Source of the DNA: Cereibacter sphaeroides 2.4.1
GTDB taxonomy: Bacteria; Pseudomonadota; Alphaproteobacteria; Rhodobacterales; Rhodobacteraceae
Direction: 5' to 3'
Length of the DNA: 32,000 bases
Assembly (NCBI RefSeq): GCF_000012905.2
Contig: NC_007493.2
Location: 2,820,001 to 2,852,000 of the forward strand
Shown: positions 30,762-32,000 of the stretch, in pieces
Position numbering within the stretch: the stretch's first letter is position 1
How the letters are laid out: each line of letters begins with the position of its first letter
The notes under the pieces: generated by a model
What the model was told of the DNA's origin: nothing
The model's input: only the letters and a program-made list of their open reading frames with translations
Database searches by the model: none
Position numbers and translations under genes: made by a program

Positions 30762-31898
30762 TCACTCGGCCGCGTCGGTGCGCGGGCTCATCTCCTCGAA
30801 GTCGAAATTGTCCAGACGCCGCGCCTTCTTGCCCGCCTTGCCGGCCGAGATGCGGATCTCCTCGACGTCGCGCGCCGCCTGGGTGAAGTGGCGGTCGAGA
30901 TTGCCCACCCGGTCCGTCAGCCGGTCGATCTCGCGCCCGAGCTCGGCCAGTTCGCGGCGGATGGCTCCGGCCTGCGCCCGCATCCGCGCGTCCTTCAGCA
31001 CCGCCCGCATCGTGTTCAGCACCGCCATGCAGGTGGTGGGCGAGACGATCCAGACCCGCGCCGCAAAGCCCTCGCGCACGATGTCGCCGAAATTCGCATG
31101 AAGCTCGGCATAGACCGCCTCGGAAGGCAGGAACAGCATCGCCCCGTCCGCCGTCTCGCCCTCGAGGATGTATTTCTCGGAGATGGCGCGGATATGGGCG
31201 CGGAGCGCCACCCGCATCATCCGCTGCGCCTCCATCTGCGCCGCGGGATTCTCGGCCGCCCGCAGCGCCTCGTAGGCCTCGAGCGGGAATTTCGAATCGA
31301 TCACGATCGGCCCCGGCGGCTCGGGCAGATGGATCAGGCAGTCCGCCCGCTTCCCGTTCGAGAGCGTGGCCTGCATCGTGTAGCTGTCGGAGGGCAGCGC
31401 CTTCTGCACGATGTCATGCAGCTGGATCTCGCCGAAGGCGCCGCGCGTCTGCTTGTTCGACAGGATGTCCTGCAGGCCCAGCACATCGCCCGACAGTTTC
31501 TCGATATTGGCCTGCGCCCGGTCGATAGTCTCAAGCCGCTGATGCAGGTCGCCGAGCGAGCGCGCCGTGCGCAGGGAGGTGCCGTGCAGACTTTCGGCCA
31601 TGCCGCGCTGCACCTCGGCCAGCCGCCGCTCCATCAGCTGCAGCATGGCGCCCTGCGTCGAGGCCTGCGCCTCCGACACATGATGCAGCCCGCCCGCCAG
31701 CCGCTCCTGCCCGTCGGACAGCATCTGCACCTGCTGGCCGAGCCAGCCGAGCTCGTTCAGCATCGGCTCGACCATCCGCGCCGCGCGCCCGGCGGCCCGC
31801 AGGATCAGCAGGAGGAACAGGATCGCCACCAGCGCCCCGCCCACGCCCAGCACCAGCGGGTCGTCCCAGCCGAAGCTCCGGTCGCCGATGCGGATCAT
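30762..31898 (-). CDS. rmuC: DNA recombination protein RmuC
   Basis: 378 aa. N-terminal TM (LVLGVGGALVAILFLLLIL), long coiled-coil, C-terminal nuclease-like region (ADCLIHLPEPPGPIVIDSKFPLEAY, MFLPSEAVY). Confidence 0.9.
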   Translation of the reverse strand: MIRIGDRSFGWDDPLVLGVGGALVAILFLLLILRAAGRAARMVEPMLNELGWLGQQVQMLSDGQERLAGGLHHVSEAQASTQGAMLQLMERRLAEVQRGMAESLHGTSLRTARSLGDLHQRLETIDRAQANIEKLSGDVLGLQDILSNKQTRGAFGEIQLHDIVQKALPSDSYTMQATLSNGKRADCLIHLPEPPGPIVIDSKFPLEAYEALRAAENPAAQMEAQRMMRVALRAHIRAISEKYILEGETADGAMLFLPSEAVYAELHANFGDIVREGFAARVWIVSPTTCMAVLNTMRAVLKDARMRAQAGAIRRELAELGREIDRLTDRVGNLDRHFTQAARDVEEIRISAGKAGKKARRLDNFDFEEMSPRTDAAE

Positions 31899-31908
31899 TG
31901 CGGGCGCG

Positions 31909-32000
31909 TCATCGCCGGCCGAAGAGCCGCTCGATGTCGGCCAGCTTCAGCTCGACATAGGTGGGCCGGCCGTGGTTGCACTGGCCCGAGAGGGGCGTGG
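31909..32000 (-). CDS. mutL: 3' end of DNA mismatch repair protein MutL (start outside the window)
   Basis: Not in the ORF track because it is too short. The minus-strand translation ends ...TPLSGQCNHGRPTYVELKLADIERLFGRR*, the conserved MutL C-terminal motif (C-x-HGRPT). Coordinates are good to about 1 nt. Confidence 0.75.
   Translation of the reverse strand, partial: TPLSGQCNHGRPTYVELKLADIERLFGRR

Noticed and set aside
1-32000. Additional sigma-E promoters (TGATCC-N16-CGTA), for example driving an unannotated sRNA
   Set aside because: Every TGATCC/GGATCA occurrence I could find by eye elsewhere (for example near 2589, 6900, 9805, 12728, 30475 and 31330) lacks CGTA at the required spacing. 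A manual scan can miss degenerate sites.

Overview
High-GC (about 65-70% by eye), gene-dense alphaproteobacterial chromosomal segment. I recognised no rRNA, tRNA, CRISPR array, IS element or prophage. The rpoE-chrR pair and its divergent five-gene operon match my memory of the Rhodobacter (Cereibacter) sphaeroides singlet-oxygen sigma-E locus, so the window is probably from that organism or a close relative; this is recollection, not a search.

Gene order:
- Start of window to uvrC: partial GGDEF(degenerate)-EAL protein; yidC-MOSC-engB; SDR (minus); argB, Fe-S protein, SixA-like phosphatase; uvrC-pgsA-moaD-moaE (minus).
- Minus-strand trio: S49 peptidase, 60-aa Cys-rich membrane protein, PTR1-like SDR.
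- Formate dehydrogenase block: LysR regulator followed by fdsGBACD (NAD-linked, Cys-type).
- Middle section: 69-aa membrane protein; GT4 glycosyltransferase; orphan OmpR-type response regulator; an ~850-bp low-GC gap; WGR protein coupled to a Lys1-type saccharopine dehydrogenase.
- Sigma-E region to end of window: the sigma-E operon (ufaD-ufaO-MFS-DUF3833-SDR) divergent from rpoE-chrR; rmuC; 3' end of mutL.

Many of the long track ORFs are alternate-frame or antisense artefacts of the high GC content.

Most worth a second look:
- The repeat- and hairpin-rich low-GC gap at 22.55-23.4 kb, including its candidate small ORF.
- The WGR gene translationally coupled to saccharopine dehydrogenase.
- The three uncharacterised genes of the sigma-E operon.
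- The purine- and G-tract-rich tandem-repeat region upstream of the LysR gene.
- The tightly coupled 60-aa TM plus Cys-cluster protein.
- The response regulator that lacks both switch residues.
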